This document shows, one piece after another, positions 46,071 to 54,515 of a DNA stretch of 60,347 nt. The DNA comes from Methanomassiliicoccales archaeon (GTDB lineage: Archaea; Thermoplasmatota; Thermoplasmata; Methanomassiliicoccales; UBA472). Under the pieces are notes generated by a model that was given only the letters and a program-made list of their open reading frames with translations, was not told where the DNA came from and did no database searches. Location: contig JAFGPG010000057.1 in the NCBI GenBank assembly GCA_016926075.1, positions 1-60,347 of the forward strand. Reading direction: 5' to 3'. The number at the start of each line of letters is the position of its first letter. Position 1 is the stretch's first letter. A program made the position numbers and the translations under genes.

Positions 46071-47339
46071 TCAGCTTGCATCACGTTCCGCTCTCTCGAA
46101 GAAAATAGGGTGCCCCCTGGTCAACCACCAGGCATGCAGCAGCAGCCCCCAGCCCAGCATGCTGAGCCCCATCCCCGACAGCCATACCCAGGCCTCGTCG
46201 GCCAAGGGGTCCACCCCGTTGCCGGTGAGCGCCACGCTGAGGAACAGCGGTACGAGCATGAGAAGCAGCCTGAGCATGACCCGGCGGTCCTCCAGGCCCC
46301 ACATCAGCAGAAGAGCGACGGGCATGATGAAATATGCCATCAGGACCTTTGGATAGCAGAGGAAGAACGCCAACACCACCAGGGTGGCGCCCTGCCAAAG
46401 GGACATACCGCTCCGGTAGGCCAACAGGGTCGCGCCCAGGACCCCACCGACGGTCAGGGCCGCCCCCGCCCAACCGGGCAGGCCATAGCCCAGCTGGCCC
46501 AGGTAATGCCAGGGACTGATGGAGGCCCTACCGGTAGGATATTCGGGATCGCCGAGGAAGTAGAATTCGAACGAGGGCAACTGGTCCGGGAAGAGGATGA
46601 GGAGGGGAATGGTCAGGGCGAGCCCCAGTCCAACACAGCCGAGCAGCAGGCCCCTGCGCTGGTCCCCCCCCGTACGCAGGACCATCCAAGGCACCAACAG
46701 CACATTGAACATCTTGGTGAGCACCCCTACAAGGGAAACGATCCCCGCGGACAGCCCCCTCTCCCGATACAGCAGCACCAGGGGCAGCAGGAACAGTAAG
46801 GTGGTGAGTCCCTCGTCCTGCATGTAGACACCGAACTCCAGGAGGCAGAGGGGGAAGGACAGGTAGGCCAACGCGGCCATCATGGACCTGCGTTCGTCCG
46901 CCTCCCTGAGCCCCAGATACAGGGCCAGGGCGGTCAGGATGCCGAAGGCGGAGAAGCACAGCTGATATGCCACCTTGGAACCCCCCGCCATCTGGGGCAG
47001 GGTGAGGACGTACATGATGAGGGGCGGGGACTCGGAATAGAAGTCGACGTAGGGTATCCTTCCGTCGAGGATGCTCTGCGCCCTGAAGCGGTAGATGTCG
47101 AGGTCATGGGGCTCGCCGAGCACGTCACCCAGGTAAGGTGTCAGCAACAGGGCGTCGAGGGCGATGGTGGTGCCGTAGAGCAGCCCTCCGATGAGCAATA
47201 GGCGGGCGACCCTTTGCCATAGATCGCCGGCGAGGAGGCGGTCCACCACCCTCTCGGTCCAGGGTAAAGGGGGAAAAGAAGGCTGGCCAACCGTCCCGTT
47301 CTCGACGTTGATGTCCCCCTCCCCTTCGCCCGACGTCAT
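46071..47339 (-). CDS. GT-C type membrane glycosyltransferase-like protein (DUF2029/GT87-like)
   Basis: 422 aa with at least 9 TM. The loop ILDGRIPYVDFYSESPPLIMYVL resembles the DUF2029 signature. Confidence 0.6.
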   Translation of the reverse strand: MTSGEGEGDINVENGTVGQPSFPPLPWTERVVDRLLAGDLWQRVARLLLIGGLLYGTTIALDALLLTPYLGDVLGEPHDLDIYRFRAQSILDGRIPYVDFYSESPPLIMYVLTLPQMAGGSKVAYQLCFSAFGILTALALYLGLREADERRSMMAALAYLSFPLCLLEFGVYMQDEGLTTLLFLLPLVLLYRERGLSAGIVSLVGVLTKMFNVLLVPWMVLRTGGDQRRGLLLGCVGLGLALTIPLLILFPDQLPSFEFYFLGDPEYPTGRASISPWHYLGQLGYGLPGWAGAALTVGGVLGATLLAYRSGMSLWQGATLVVLAFFLCYPKVLMAYFIMPVALLLMWGLEDRRVMLRLLLMLVPLFLSVALTGNGVDPLADEAWVWLSGMGLSMLGWGLLLHAWWLTRGHPIFFERAERDAS

Positions 47340-47362
47340 GGGTATGGGCTGAGAGATCGATC

Positions 47363-47373
47363 TTTAAATATAT
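47363..47373 (-). promoter_or_regulatory. TATA-like box for the glycosyltransferase gene (leaderless geometry)
   Basis: TTTAAATATAT is centred about 29 nt upstream of the ATG at 47339. Confidence 0.45.
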
Positions 47374-47518
47374 GATACAGTGGCCAGCCCGTACCAGTTC
47401 CGTTCCGGACACCCCCACTTTCGGGATGCCCCCTCTCATGCTTTTATATCGCCAGGTCATGGCCAAGAGCATGGAGCAGCACATTGACATCAGCATATCC
47501 CGACCCTGCCCCACCGTG

Positions 47519-47855
47519 CCTAGGCGGGAGGTCCCTGGAAGTCCATATCCCCCCTCGGGCAAGGAAAGACGAGGGGGGAGTCCCATGGACCGTCGTCGGA
47601 AACCTTTCAGGAGATGGCCTTGAGCCATGAGGCGCGCCCTCAGGTCCAGAGGAGGGCGGCGGTCATCATTGCCGCTCGTACATCCAGAGTCATGCTGCGG
47701 TGCTGAGACGATCGACCGCCCAGGAACAAATTCCGTATGCCCGCCCGATGACCTTTGGAGAGACCGCCCTTCACCGTTCTGAACGAGGGAGGCGAGAACG
47801 ATACGATCCCCAGGAAGTGAGGGGCTGCAGAACCATATGCTTGCCTCGCACTAGG
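47519..47855. ncRNA. candidate structured non-coding RNA (about 337 nt), identity and strand unresolved; weak RNase P RNA-like motifs on the plus strand
   Basis: Lies in a 730-bp gap with no protein-like frame. The ends are complementary: CCTAGGCGGGAGG (47519-47531) and CCTCGCACTAGG (47844-47855). There is a perfect 9-bp GC hairpin at 47549-47578, plus further hairpins at 47614-47628 and 47656-47675. GGAAGTCC (47537-47544) and CAGAACCATATGCTT (47828-47842) recall the two strands of RNase P helix P4. TATA-like elements lie outside both ends (47442-47449 plus strand, 47872-47878 minus strand). Confidence 0.35.
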
Positions 47856-48071
47856 AGCACTCGATCTGGACATAAAAAGGATACTGGTCCTGACCTAAGC
47901 GGCCTTGGCATACGCATGCATCCCGACGTTCGCCCTGTACACCATCGGTCACGACCATCTGTAAAAGCCCCAAGAACTTACTGGCAAGGCTAAGTGGGCC
48001 CGTCGGGCTCCGGTCCCTCCTGAAAGGATCGAGGGAAGCAATAATAACCAGGTCCGAAGCATTATAACATC

Positions 48072-49442
48072 ATGTTCCTCAAACGGTTCAGGTCGGAGGG
48101 GCTCGCTCACATATCTTATTACGTGGAGTCCGAAGGAACGGCAGCGGTCATCGATCCCCGTCGGGACGTGGACGAGTATCTGGAAATGGCCTGCTCCAGG
48201 GGTGCCAGGGTAGTACTGGCGCTGGAGACACACCGTAACGAGGACTATGTCTCGGGAGCCCTGGAACTGGCCAACGCCACCGGTGCGGCCATCCATCACG
48301 GCGGACAGCTGGAGTTCGGCTACGGCCACCCCCTGCGGGATGCCCAGACCCTTTCATTGGGCGAGCTGACCATCACCGCCCTGCACACGCCAGGTCACAC
48401 CTACGAGAGCTTCAGTTATCTTCTATCGGATCGGCGCGGCCCCTTTCTGCTCTTCTCCGGTGACACCCTTTTCTCCGGGGATATCGGACGCACCGACCTC
48501 ACCGGTCCGGAGCACACTGCTAAGCTGGCGGGGATGCTCTACGACAGCCTGCACCAACGCATCCTTCCATTAGGGAAGGAGATCATGGTGCTTCCCGCGC
48601 ACGGGGCGGGCTCGATGTGCGGGCATGCCATCAGCAAGCGGGAGACCACCACCATCGGTCTGGAGATGAGGGACAACCCCGCTCTTTCCCTCTCCCGGGA
48701 CGACCTCATCAGAACCAAGATGACCGAGGGGATGGAGAAGCCGGCCTACTTCGAGAGAATGGAGCACCTCAACCTGCGCGGGCCGCCGGTGCTCGGCGAG
48801 CTCCCTCGACCGCCTCCCCTCACCCCAGGACAATTAATGAAGGAGAAGGAGAGGGGGGCTCTGGTGCTGGACCTGAGGGAGCCGCACAGCTATGCCGCGG
48901 CCCACATCCCGGGCTCGTTGAACGTCTGGTCGAGCGGACTGCCTGTCTTCGGCGGTTACGTCATACCCTATGGTGTACCGTTGGTCCTGATGGGAGGATG
49001 CCCTGGAGAGGTGCAGACCGCGGTCAGGTACCTTGTTCGCCTTGGATACGATAGTATAGTCGGGGAACTGAGGAACGGAATCGAGGACTGGATAATGGGA
49101 GGACAGGTCATCTCCTTCCTCCCAGCCTCCTCGGTGCAGGAGATAAGGACCAGACAGCTGGCCGGAGAGAACATGCTGCTGGTGGACGTAAGGGACCACA
49201 GGGAACTGGAGGAGGGCCAGATACCAGGGGCCAAGCACGTGCACCTGGGAAAGATGCTCGAGCGCGCCTCCGAACTGCCCAGGGACCGGGAGCTGGTGCT
49301 CTTCTGCGGCTCCGGTCCCCGTGGAGGGACCGCCGCCAGCCTGCTCAGCAACCAAGGGATCGGGAACGTACGGATCATGCTGGGCGGTTTCATGGCCTGG
49401 TCCAAGAACGGATATCCAGTTCAAGAGCTCAAGAACGGATGA
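48072..49442 (+). CDS. metallo-beta-lactamase fold protein fused to two rhodanese-like domains (persulfide dioxygenase/sulfurtransferase-like)
   Basis: MBL core ETHRNEDYVSG...LHTPGHTYES...FSGDTLF...LPAHGAG. The C-terminal rhodanese has the active-site loop FCGSGPRG. Confidence 0.8.
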   Translation: MFLKRFRSEGLAHISYYVESEGTAAVIDPRRDVDEYLEMACSRGARVVLALETHRNEDYVSGALELANATGAAIHHGGQLEFGYGHPLRDAQTLSLGELTITALHTPGHTYESFSYLLSDRRGPFLLFSGDTLFSGDIGRTDLTGPEHTAKLAGMLYDSLHQRILPLGKEIMVLPAHGAGSMCGHAISKRETTTIGLEMRDNPALSLSRDDLIRTKMTEGMEKPAYFERMEHLNLRGPPVLGELPRPPPLTPGQLMKEKERGALVLDLREPHSYAAAHIPGSLNVWSSGLPVFGGYVIPYGVPLVLMGGCPGEVQTAVRYLVRLGYDSIVGELRNGIEDWIMGGQVISFLPASSVQEIRTRQLAGENMLLVDVRDHRELEEGQIPGAKHVHLGKMLERASELPRDRELVLFCGSGPRGGTAASLLSNQGIGNVRIMLGGFMAWSKNGYPVQELKNG

Positions 49443-49812
49443 ACTTCAGATAAAGGATGCCATCAAGGCGGTACATCTGGTTGAGGAGCCGGTTGATCTC
49501 CGAAGCCTCTCCGCTGAGCACCATGATGTTCATGCACCTGTGGTCCCCCAGATGGTTGTGCACATGCGTTCTGATGAGCAGATGGTTCTCATGGTAGATG
49601 TCATGAATGAGCCCCAGGGCGCAGACGTCGTTAACCATGATGAGGACGCCGTCCACCTTTCCTACCATGGGTCTACGCTCGCTGCTCTCGGCCATCAATG
49701 TGCGCATGGCCGCCCGCACCGCCTCCGATCGACCGGTGAAACCCAGTTCCTTCTGCAACAGTTCAAGGTCCTCAATGTTCTTGTCGGTCAATGAAACACT
49801 GATGATAGGCAT
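49429..49812 (-). CDS. nikR: NikR family nickel-responsive regulator (ribbon-helix-helix plus ACT-like metal domain)
   Basis: The N terminus MPIISVSLTDKNIEDLELLQKELGFTGRSEAVRAAMR is a CopG/RHH fold. The C-terminal THVHNHLGDHRCMNIMVL matches the NikR His/Cys high-affinity site region. The 3' end overlaps the MBL gene by 14 nt. Confidence 0.8.
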   Translation of the reverse strand: MPIISVSLTDKNIEDLELLQKELGFTGRSEAVRAAMRTLMAESSERRPMVGKVDGVLIMVNDVCALGLIHDIYHENHLLIRTHVHNHLGDHRCMNIMVLSGEASEINRLLNQMYRLDGILYLKFIRS

Positions 49813-49836
49813 TCTGAAGGGAAATGTTATTAATCG

Positions 49837-49847
49837 TTAATTAAAAT
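49837..49847 (-). promoter_or_regulatory. AT-rich TATA-like element / palindrome TTAATTAA upstream of nikR
   Basis: TTAATTAAAAT lies 25-35 nt upstream of the nikR ATG (leaderless geometry). It could also be an autoregulatory operator. Confidence 0.4.
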
Positions 49848-50031
49848 TGCCATCCCGATCCATGAACGGCTCGAAACCATATTGATAATCTATATTCAAA
49901 TATCCAGTCCTTAGTACTGAACAGTAAGATCATGAATAACAAACCTAGGGACTCACCCTTCCCGTTCTGGTATTTTAATAATAAATTGGGAAAATGATAT
50001 TAACTAACATGGTATAAAGAGGTCCCGGTAC

Positions 50032-50973
50032 ATGAATCGTAAACAGCTCTTACTAGTAACGGGGACCTCGATCATCATAGTCCTGCTGATCGTCGCCTCC
50101 GCACTGTGGGGGACCTCGTCCGATGAGGACGAGCGCACACTGGTGGTGGCCACCTTCTATCCCCTGGCCTATATGGCCAAGAGCATTGGGGGAGAGCGGG
50201 TGGCGGTCTCTTCCCTGGTCCCCTATAACTCGGAGCTGCATTCCTGGTCACCCACCCCACAGGACATCATACAGGCCGATAGGGCCGATGTCATCCTATA
50301 CAACGGCGGCCCGGCCGACTCCTGGCTGTTAACGGACATCCTTCCGGTCATCAGCACCCAGGATAAATTGGTGACCAACACCACAGAAGGGGTGGGGTTC
50401 ATACAGGGCGGGGGGCATGAAGGACATGATGGCAATGAGCATGGGGGCGTGGACCCCCATACCTGGCTCAGCCCCATTGAGGCCCGGATACAGGCGCACA
50501 ACGTGCTGCTGGCGCTCATAGAGGCGGACCCGGAGGGGCAGAACTACTTCCAGGAGAGGTTCGATTCATTGAACCAGACGCTGACAGGACTGCATGAGCA
50601 ATACCTTATGCTCGAAGAGGCAGGTGTGAGCGGGATCATCGTCTCCCACGCCGCCTTCGGATATGTGGCGAAGGAATACGGCTTCGTTCAGTATGGGGTC
50701 ATAGGATTGAGCGCGGACCAGGAACCGTCCCTGGCCACCATCATCGAGCTGGTGTCGGTGATGGAGAACGAGAGCATCTACGCGGTCTACGTGGACCCAG
50801 TGTACAAACAGGATTACGCCTCGATGCTCAAGGCCGAACTGGAATCCAGGACCGGTCACGCTGTACAAGTGCTGGACCTATTCCTGATGCTCGGACCCTA
50901 CGAGGGGGCGGATTATCTCGAGCAGATGTCCATGAACCTGGTCGATCTGAAGATAGGGTTGGGGGTGACATAG
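50032..50973 (+). CDS. metal ABC transporter substrate-binding protein (cluster A-I, ZnuA/TroA-like) with His-rich loop
   Basis: N-terminal anchor LLLVTGTSIIIVLLIVASA, VVATFYPLAY, His/acidic loop GGGHEGHDGNEHGGVDPHTW, and HAAFGYVAKEYG. Confidence 0.85.
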   Translation: MNRKQLLLVTGTSIIIVLLIVASALWGTSSDEDERTLVVATFYPLAYMAKSIGGERVAVSSLVPYNSELHSWSPTPQDIIQADRADVILYNGGPADSWLLTDILPVISTQDKLVTNTTEGVGFIQGGGHEGHDGNEHGGVDPHTWLSPIEARIQAHNVLLALIEADPEGQNYFQERFDSLNQTLTGLHEQYLMLEEAGVSGIIVSHAAFGYVAKEYGFVQYGVIGLSADQEPSLATIIELVSVMENESIYAVYVDPVYKQDYASMLKAELESRTGHAVQVLDLFLMLGPYEGADYLEQMSMNLVDLKIGLGVT

Positions 50974-50975
50974 GA

Positions 50976-51761
50976 ATGCCCATGGAACCGATAATCGAAG
51001 TGCAGGAACTGGTGGTGAAAAGAGGCCCCTCCGAGGTGATATCAGAGGCATCCTTCGTCATCGAGAGAGGCGATTATGTGGGCATTATGGGGCCCAACGG
51101 TGGTGGCAAGACCACCCTGGTCCTAGCCCTGCTGGGCATGTTGCCCAAGGAGAAAGGTTCGATAAGGATCATGGGAGAGGATATCGAATCCTTCGACCAA
51201 TGGGACAAGGTCGGCTATGTGTCACAGTACGCCATCAACTTCGATTCGCACTTTCCGCTGACGGTCCGGGAACTGGTCGGGTTGGGCAGGGTCAACCGCA
51301 AGAACCTGGGACGCTTCAGGAAAAAGGAGGACTGGAAGGCGGTGGACGAGGCGTTGGAGGCCATGAACATCACCAACCTTGCCAGGAAGCGCATCGGCCA
51401 GCTCTCCGGAGGACAACGCCAAAGGGCCTTCGTGGCCAAATCACTGGTCAGCAAGCCGGAGCTCCTTATGCTGGATGAACCGGTGACCGATCTCGACCCA
51501 GTGTCCCGAGAGAGATTCTTTAAAAGGCTCAGCAATCTGAATCAGATGAAGGGGCTGACCATCCTCATCGTCTCCCACGACCTGACCGCGATCTTCTGTC
51601 GGATGTCCAGGGTGCTCTGTGTGAACAAGCAGGTGCACTCCGCGGCCATAACGGAGGAGACGGTGCCTGACGACATCCTGAGGAAAGGGTACGGAGATCA
51701 CTTCCACTTCGTCTTCCATCGGGAACTATGCAAGGGGGTGTTCGTGGATGAGCAGTCTTAG
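50976..51761 (+). CDS. metal ABC transporter ATP-binding protein (ZnuC/TroB-like)
   Basis: Walker A GPNGGGKTT, signature LSGGQRQR, Walker B LMLDEPV. Starts 2 nt after the binding-protein stop. Confidence 0.9.
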   Translation: MPMEPIIEVQELVVKRGPSEVISEASFVIERGDYVGIMGPNGGGKTTLVLALLGMLPKEKGSIRIMGEDIESFDQWDKVGYVSQYAINFDSHFPLTVRELVGLGRVNRKNLGRFRKKEDWKAVDEALEAMNITNLARKRIGQLSGGQRQRAFVAKSLVSKPELLMLDEPVTDLDPVSRERFFKRLSNLNQMKGLTILIVSHDLTAIFCRMSRVLCVNKQVHSAAITEETVPDDILRKGYGDHFHFVFHRELCKGVFVDEQS

Positions 51762-52572
51762 CCTTTTCGACATCCCTTCCCTCTTCCAATATCAGTTCTT
51801 CGTACTGGCATTGATAGGCGGGACCTTGGCGGCCATCGTCTCCTCTTGGATCGGACTGTTCCTTATACTGAGGAAGGAATCGATGCTTGTGGACGGGGTT
51901 GCCCACACCGCCTTCGGGGGCGTGGCGTTGGGCCTGTTCATAGGCATCGATCCCATACTCGGCGCCCTGGTCGTATCCGCGGTCTCCGTCTATGGCATCA
52001 CCTATATGAGAAGGAAGGGACTGGCGCAATCGGACTCGGCCATCGCGGTCATGCTGGCCATCGGCTTCTCCCTGGGCATCATCATCATATCCATGGCCAA
52101 CGGCTTCAACGTGGAGCTGTTAAGCTATCTGTTCGGCTCCATCCTGACCATGAGCTACAACGATGTGATCGTGCTCTCAGTGCTGACCTTGGGGGCCATC
52201 GGCTTTCTGGTGTTCTTCTACAAGGAGATGCTGGCGTTGACCTTCGACGAGGATGGGGCGCACATGCAAGGCATCCCGGTACAGGGCATGACCATGGCGT
52301 TCAATCTCCTCGTGGCGGTGACCATAGCCCTATCCATCAAGGTCATCGGCATCATCCTGGTGGTGGCCCTGATGGTGCTTCCCGGTCTGACCGCCCTGCA
52401 GCTCCATCGATCCTTCAAGAGCACCTTGGTCGCATCCTCCCTCTTCGGCATATTCGCGACCATCATGGGCATAATCCTCTCTGCCCTCTTCAACGTGGCC
52501 ACCAGCGGGGTCATCGTCTTCACCGCCGCCGGGGTCTTCCTCTTCGTGGCCGCATACCAACGTCTGGCCTGA
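51748..52572 (+). CDS. metal ABC transporter permease (ZnuB/TroC-like)
   Basis: 274 aa with about 8 TM. The ATG overlaps the ATPase 3' end by 14 nt. Confidence 0.85.
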   Translation: MSSLSLFDIPSLFQYQFFVLALIGGTLAAIVSSWIGLFLILRKESMLVDGVAHTAFGGVALGLFIGIDPILGALVVSAVSVYGITYMRRKGLAQSDSAIAVMLAIGFSLGIIIISMANGFNVELLSYLFGSILTMSYNDVIVLSVLTLGAIGFLVFFYKEMLALTFDEDGAHMQGIPVQGMTMAFNLLVAVTIALSIKVIGIILVVALMVLPGLTALQLHRSFKSTLVASSLFGIFATIMGIILSALFNVATSGVIVFTAAGVFLFVAAYQRLA

Positions 52573-52781
52573 GGCCATTGTGTCCTCGTCATCGCTATAT
52601 CTAAATAGGGACATCGTTTTAAATATAGCCCCAATAATGCAATATTTTTTACTTAAATACATAATTAATGAAAACGTTTTCTATTTTGGTACTTAGTTTA
52701 GCATGTTAATGTAACTTTTTTGCTCAGGCCATGAACAACCATTATATATTGTCAATCGTTGTTAGGGGTAAGGGGATTTCT

Positions 52782-53903
52782 ATGGGCTATGAAGAAATGT
52801 TTCCACCGATAGACAAAAAGTGGCACAGTAATGCCAACAAACGTTTTGCTAGCTCCTTCGTGGATAAGCAACACGATCGCATCGACGTGGACTCGATCAT
52901 CCTGTCCAACGCTTGCGTCGTGTGCGGATACACCATAAGGGACTTCTATACGAAGCCTGACTTGGGCATAGCATGCGTCGCCTGGGCATCCGAAATGTAC
53001 GACCTGCTACCAGTTACACACTGGTTCTTCTCGTTGCCATGGATCAACGAGCTCGGATCGACCATGCAGTACAAGGAGACCCTGCCGCCGATTTCCACCG
53101 GCCCGGTCATCTCTGAGCCGGAAGAGGTCGACACGAAGATCAATGTGCCCGACAAGGAGACGATAAAGAACGGCTGGTCGACGAAGCAGTTCATGACCGC
53201 TTACGACTACGTGGCGAAGAACCTGCCCGAGACCCTGGTGCCGATCTCCTACGGTTTCGACCTGGTGGGAGCCGCTGCCGACCTCGTGGGCGTGGAGAAC
53301 TTCATCATGTGGACGTTCACCGAGCCGGAAGCCGCCCACAAGCTGGTCAGGAAGTACGTGGACACCTCCATCCTCGGAGCGGAGGTCATGGCGGACAAGT
53401 TCGGCTCGGCGATGCTGACCGTCGGGTCCGTGCTGGCAAACAACGATATCTTCGACGATAACGCCGTGGAAGAGTACTCCGTGAAGAGCATGTACTACTA
53501 CGTGAGCAACTGCTTCAAGCGCGGCGCCGGTCCCCAGGTGTTCTACCACCTGTGCGGTAACCACCAGACCGACTACACGCGCTTCAAGGAGAACCTGTTG
53601 TGGTCTCCCTTCACCGTCATGCACATCGGTTACTCCGGAAGGAACGCCTTCCCGGCCGCAGTGCTGAAGGAGACCTTCCAGGACAAGGCGACCGTCATGG
53701 TCTCCGTCGACACCAAGCTGTTGATCGACCCGGACCCCAGCAAGGTCTACAACAACAGCAGGGATCAGTTGCTGGCCGGCCGTGACGCGAAGAAGGGGTG
53801 CATACTGGGTACTTGCTGTGAGTGTCCGATGTACACCATACCTGGACAGATGCGGGCCTTGGTCAAAGCGGCCAGGGACTTCGGTACCTACGGGACATGG
53901 TGA
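52782..53903 (+). CDS. URO-D superfamily Zn methyltransferase, MT2 (MtaA/MtbA/MtsA)-like, divergent
   Basis: 373 aa from the ATG behind an AAGGGG RBS. The Zn-ligand motifs are retained: FYHLCGNH (HxC) and GTCCECPMYTIPGQMRALVKAARDF (aligned by eye to MtaA APGCGIAPMTPLENIKALVAARDE). Confidence 0.7.
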   Translation: MGYEEMFPPIDKKWHSNANKRFASSFVDKQHDRIDVDSIILSNACVVCGYTIRDFYTKPDLGIACVAWASEMYDLLPVTHWFFSLPWINELGSTMQYKETLPPISTGPVISEPEEVDTKINVPDKETIKNGWSTKQFMTAYDYVAKNLPETLVPISYGFDLVGAAADLVGVENFIMWTFTEPEAAHKLVRKYVDTSILGAEVMADKFGSAMLTVGSVLANNDIFDDNAVEEYSVKSMYYYVSNCFKRGAGPQVFYHLCGNHQTDYTRFKENLLWSPFTVMHIGYSGRNAFPAAVLKETFQDKATVMVSVDTKLLIDPDPSKVYNNSRDQLLAGRDAKKGCILGTCCECPMYTIPGQMRALVKAARDFGTYGTW

Positions 53904-53907
53904 GGTG

Positions 53908-54360
53908 ATGAAGATGCAAGTAACTATACCGGGCGATGTCAAGGAGCTTGTCGCGAAGAGGGGTCTGAAGGAGTCCGATATCGTAGATGTCGTGAACACC
54001 GCGGAGAAGGAGAAGAAATACCTCAAGAAGGGTAACGATGCCCTGGCCAAGAAGAGGATCGGCGACATCATGGTCTACGTGATGTGCGACCTGTCCGGCA
54101 AGGGTACCGCCGTTGTCAAGACGGCTTATTCCCACAAGATGAACCTGGGCAAGGTCGTCAACCTCATGTCCGAGTCGGAATGGAAGACCGCTGATGGTAA
54201 ACCCGTCTCCGATGGCCATATCGAGGTCGAGTACATGACCGTGAGGAGGAACGCTCCCGCACTGGTCGTACCCGAAACTGGCGATGCCTTTTTGGAGGAG
54301 TACCTTGCGGTCAAGACCATAGCTGCCGCGGAAGGCCTTTTCGAGAAGAAGCGCGCATAA
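53908..54360 (+). CDS. hypothetical 150-aa protein, translationally coupled to the MT2-like gene
   Basis: The ATG lies 4 nt after the upstream TGA, with a GAGGTGA RBS. MKMQVTIPGDVKELVAKRGLKESDIVDVV... Protein-like, K/E-rich, no family recognised. Confidence 0.6.
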   Translation: MKMQVTIPGDVKELVAKRGLKESDIVDVVNTAEKEKKYLKKGNDALAKKRIGDIMVYVMCDLSGKGTAVVKTAYSHKMNLGKVVNLMSESEWKTADGKPVSDGHIEVEYMTVRRNAPALVVPETGDAFLEEYLAVKTIAAAEGLFEKKRA

Positions 54361-54370
54361 ACCGATTTCA

Positions 54371-54405
54371 GGCCGCTAAACGCGGCCTTTTCTACTTATT
54401 TTTCA
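54371..54405 (+). terminator. stem-loop plus T-rich tract after the 150-aa gene
   Basis: GGCCGC-TAAAC-GCGGCC followed by TTTTCTACTTATTTTTC. Confidence 0.5.
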
Positions 54406-54515
54406 TTAAGTAACATGGTACTCGCCCTCCCTACCAGGAGACTATTCGACAGGTCATATTGGCAAAACTACAATAGTTAAGTGCACCATTCACATGAAAC
54501 TCACTGGTGAAAAAG

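Noticed and set aside
47519-47855. Archaeal SRP (7S) RNA as the identity of the structured region. CAGGUCCAGAGGAGGGCGGC resembles the helix-8 consensus CAGGUCCGGAAGGAAGCAGC.
   Set aside because: The GNAR tetraloop and the AGCA asymmetric-loop nucleotides needed for SRP54 binding are not conserved, and no Alu-domain UGUAAC/GGUG motifs were seen. It is kept only as an unassigned RNA candidate.
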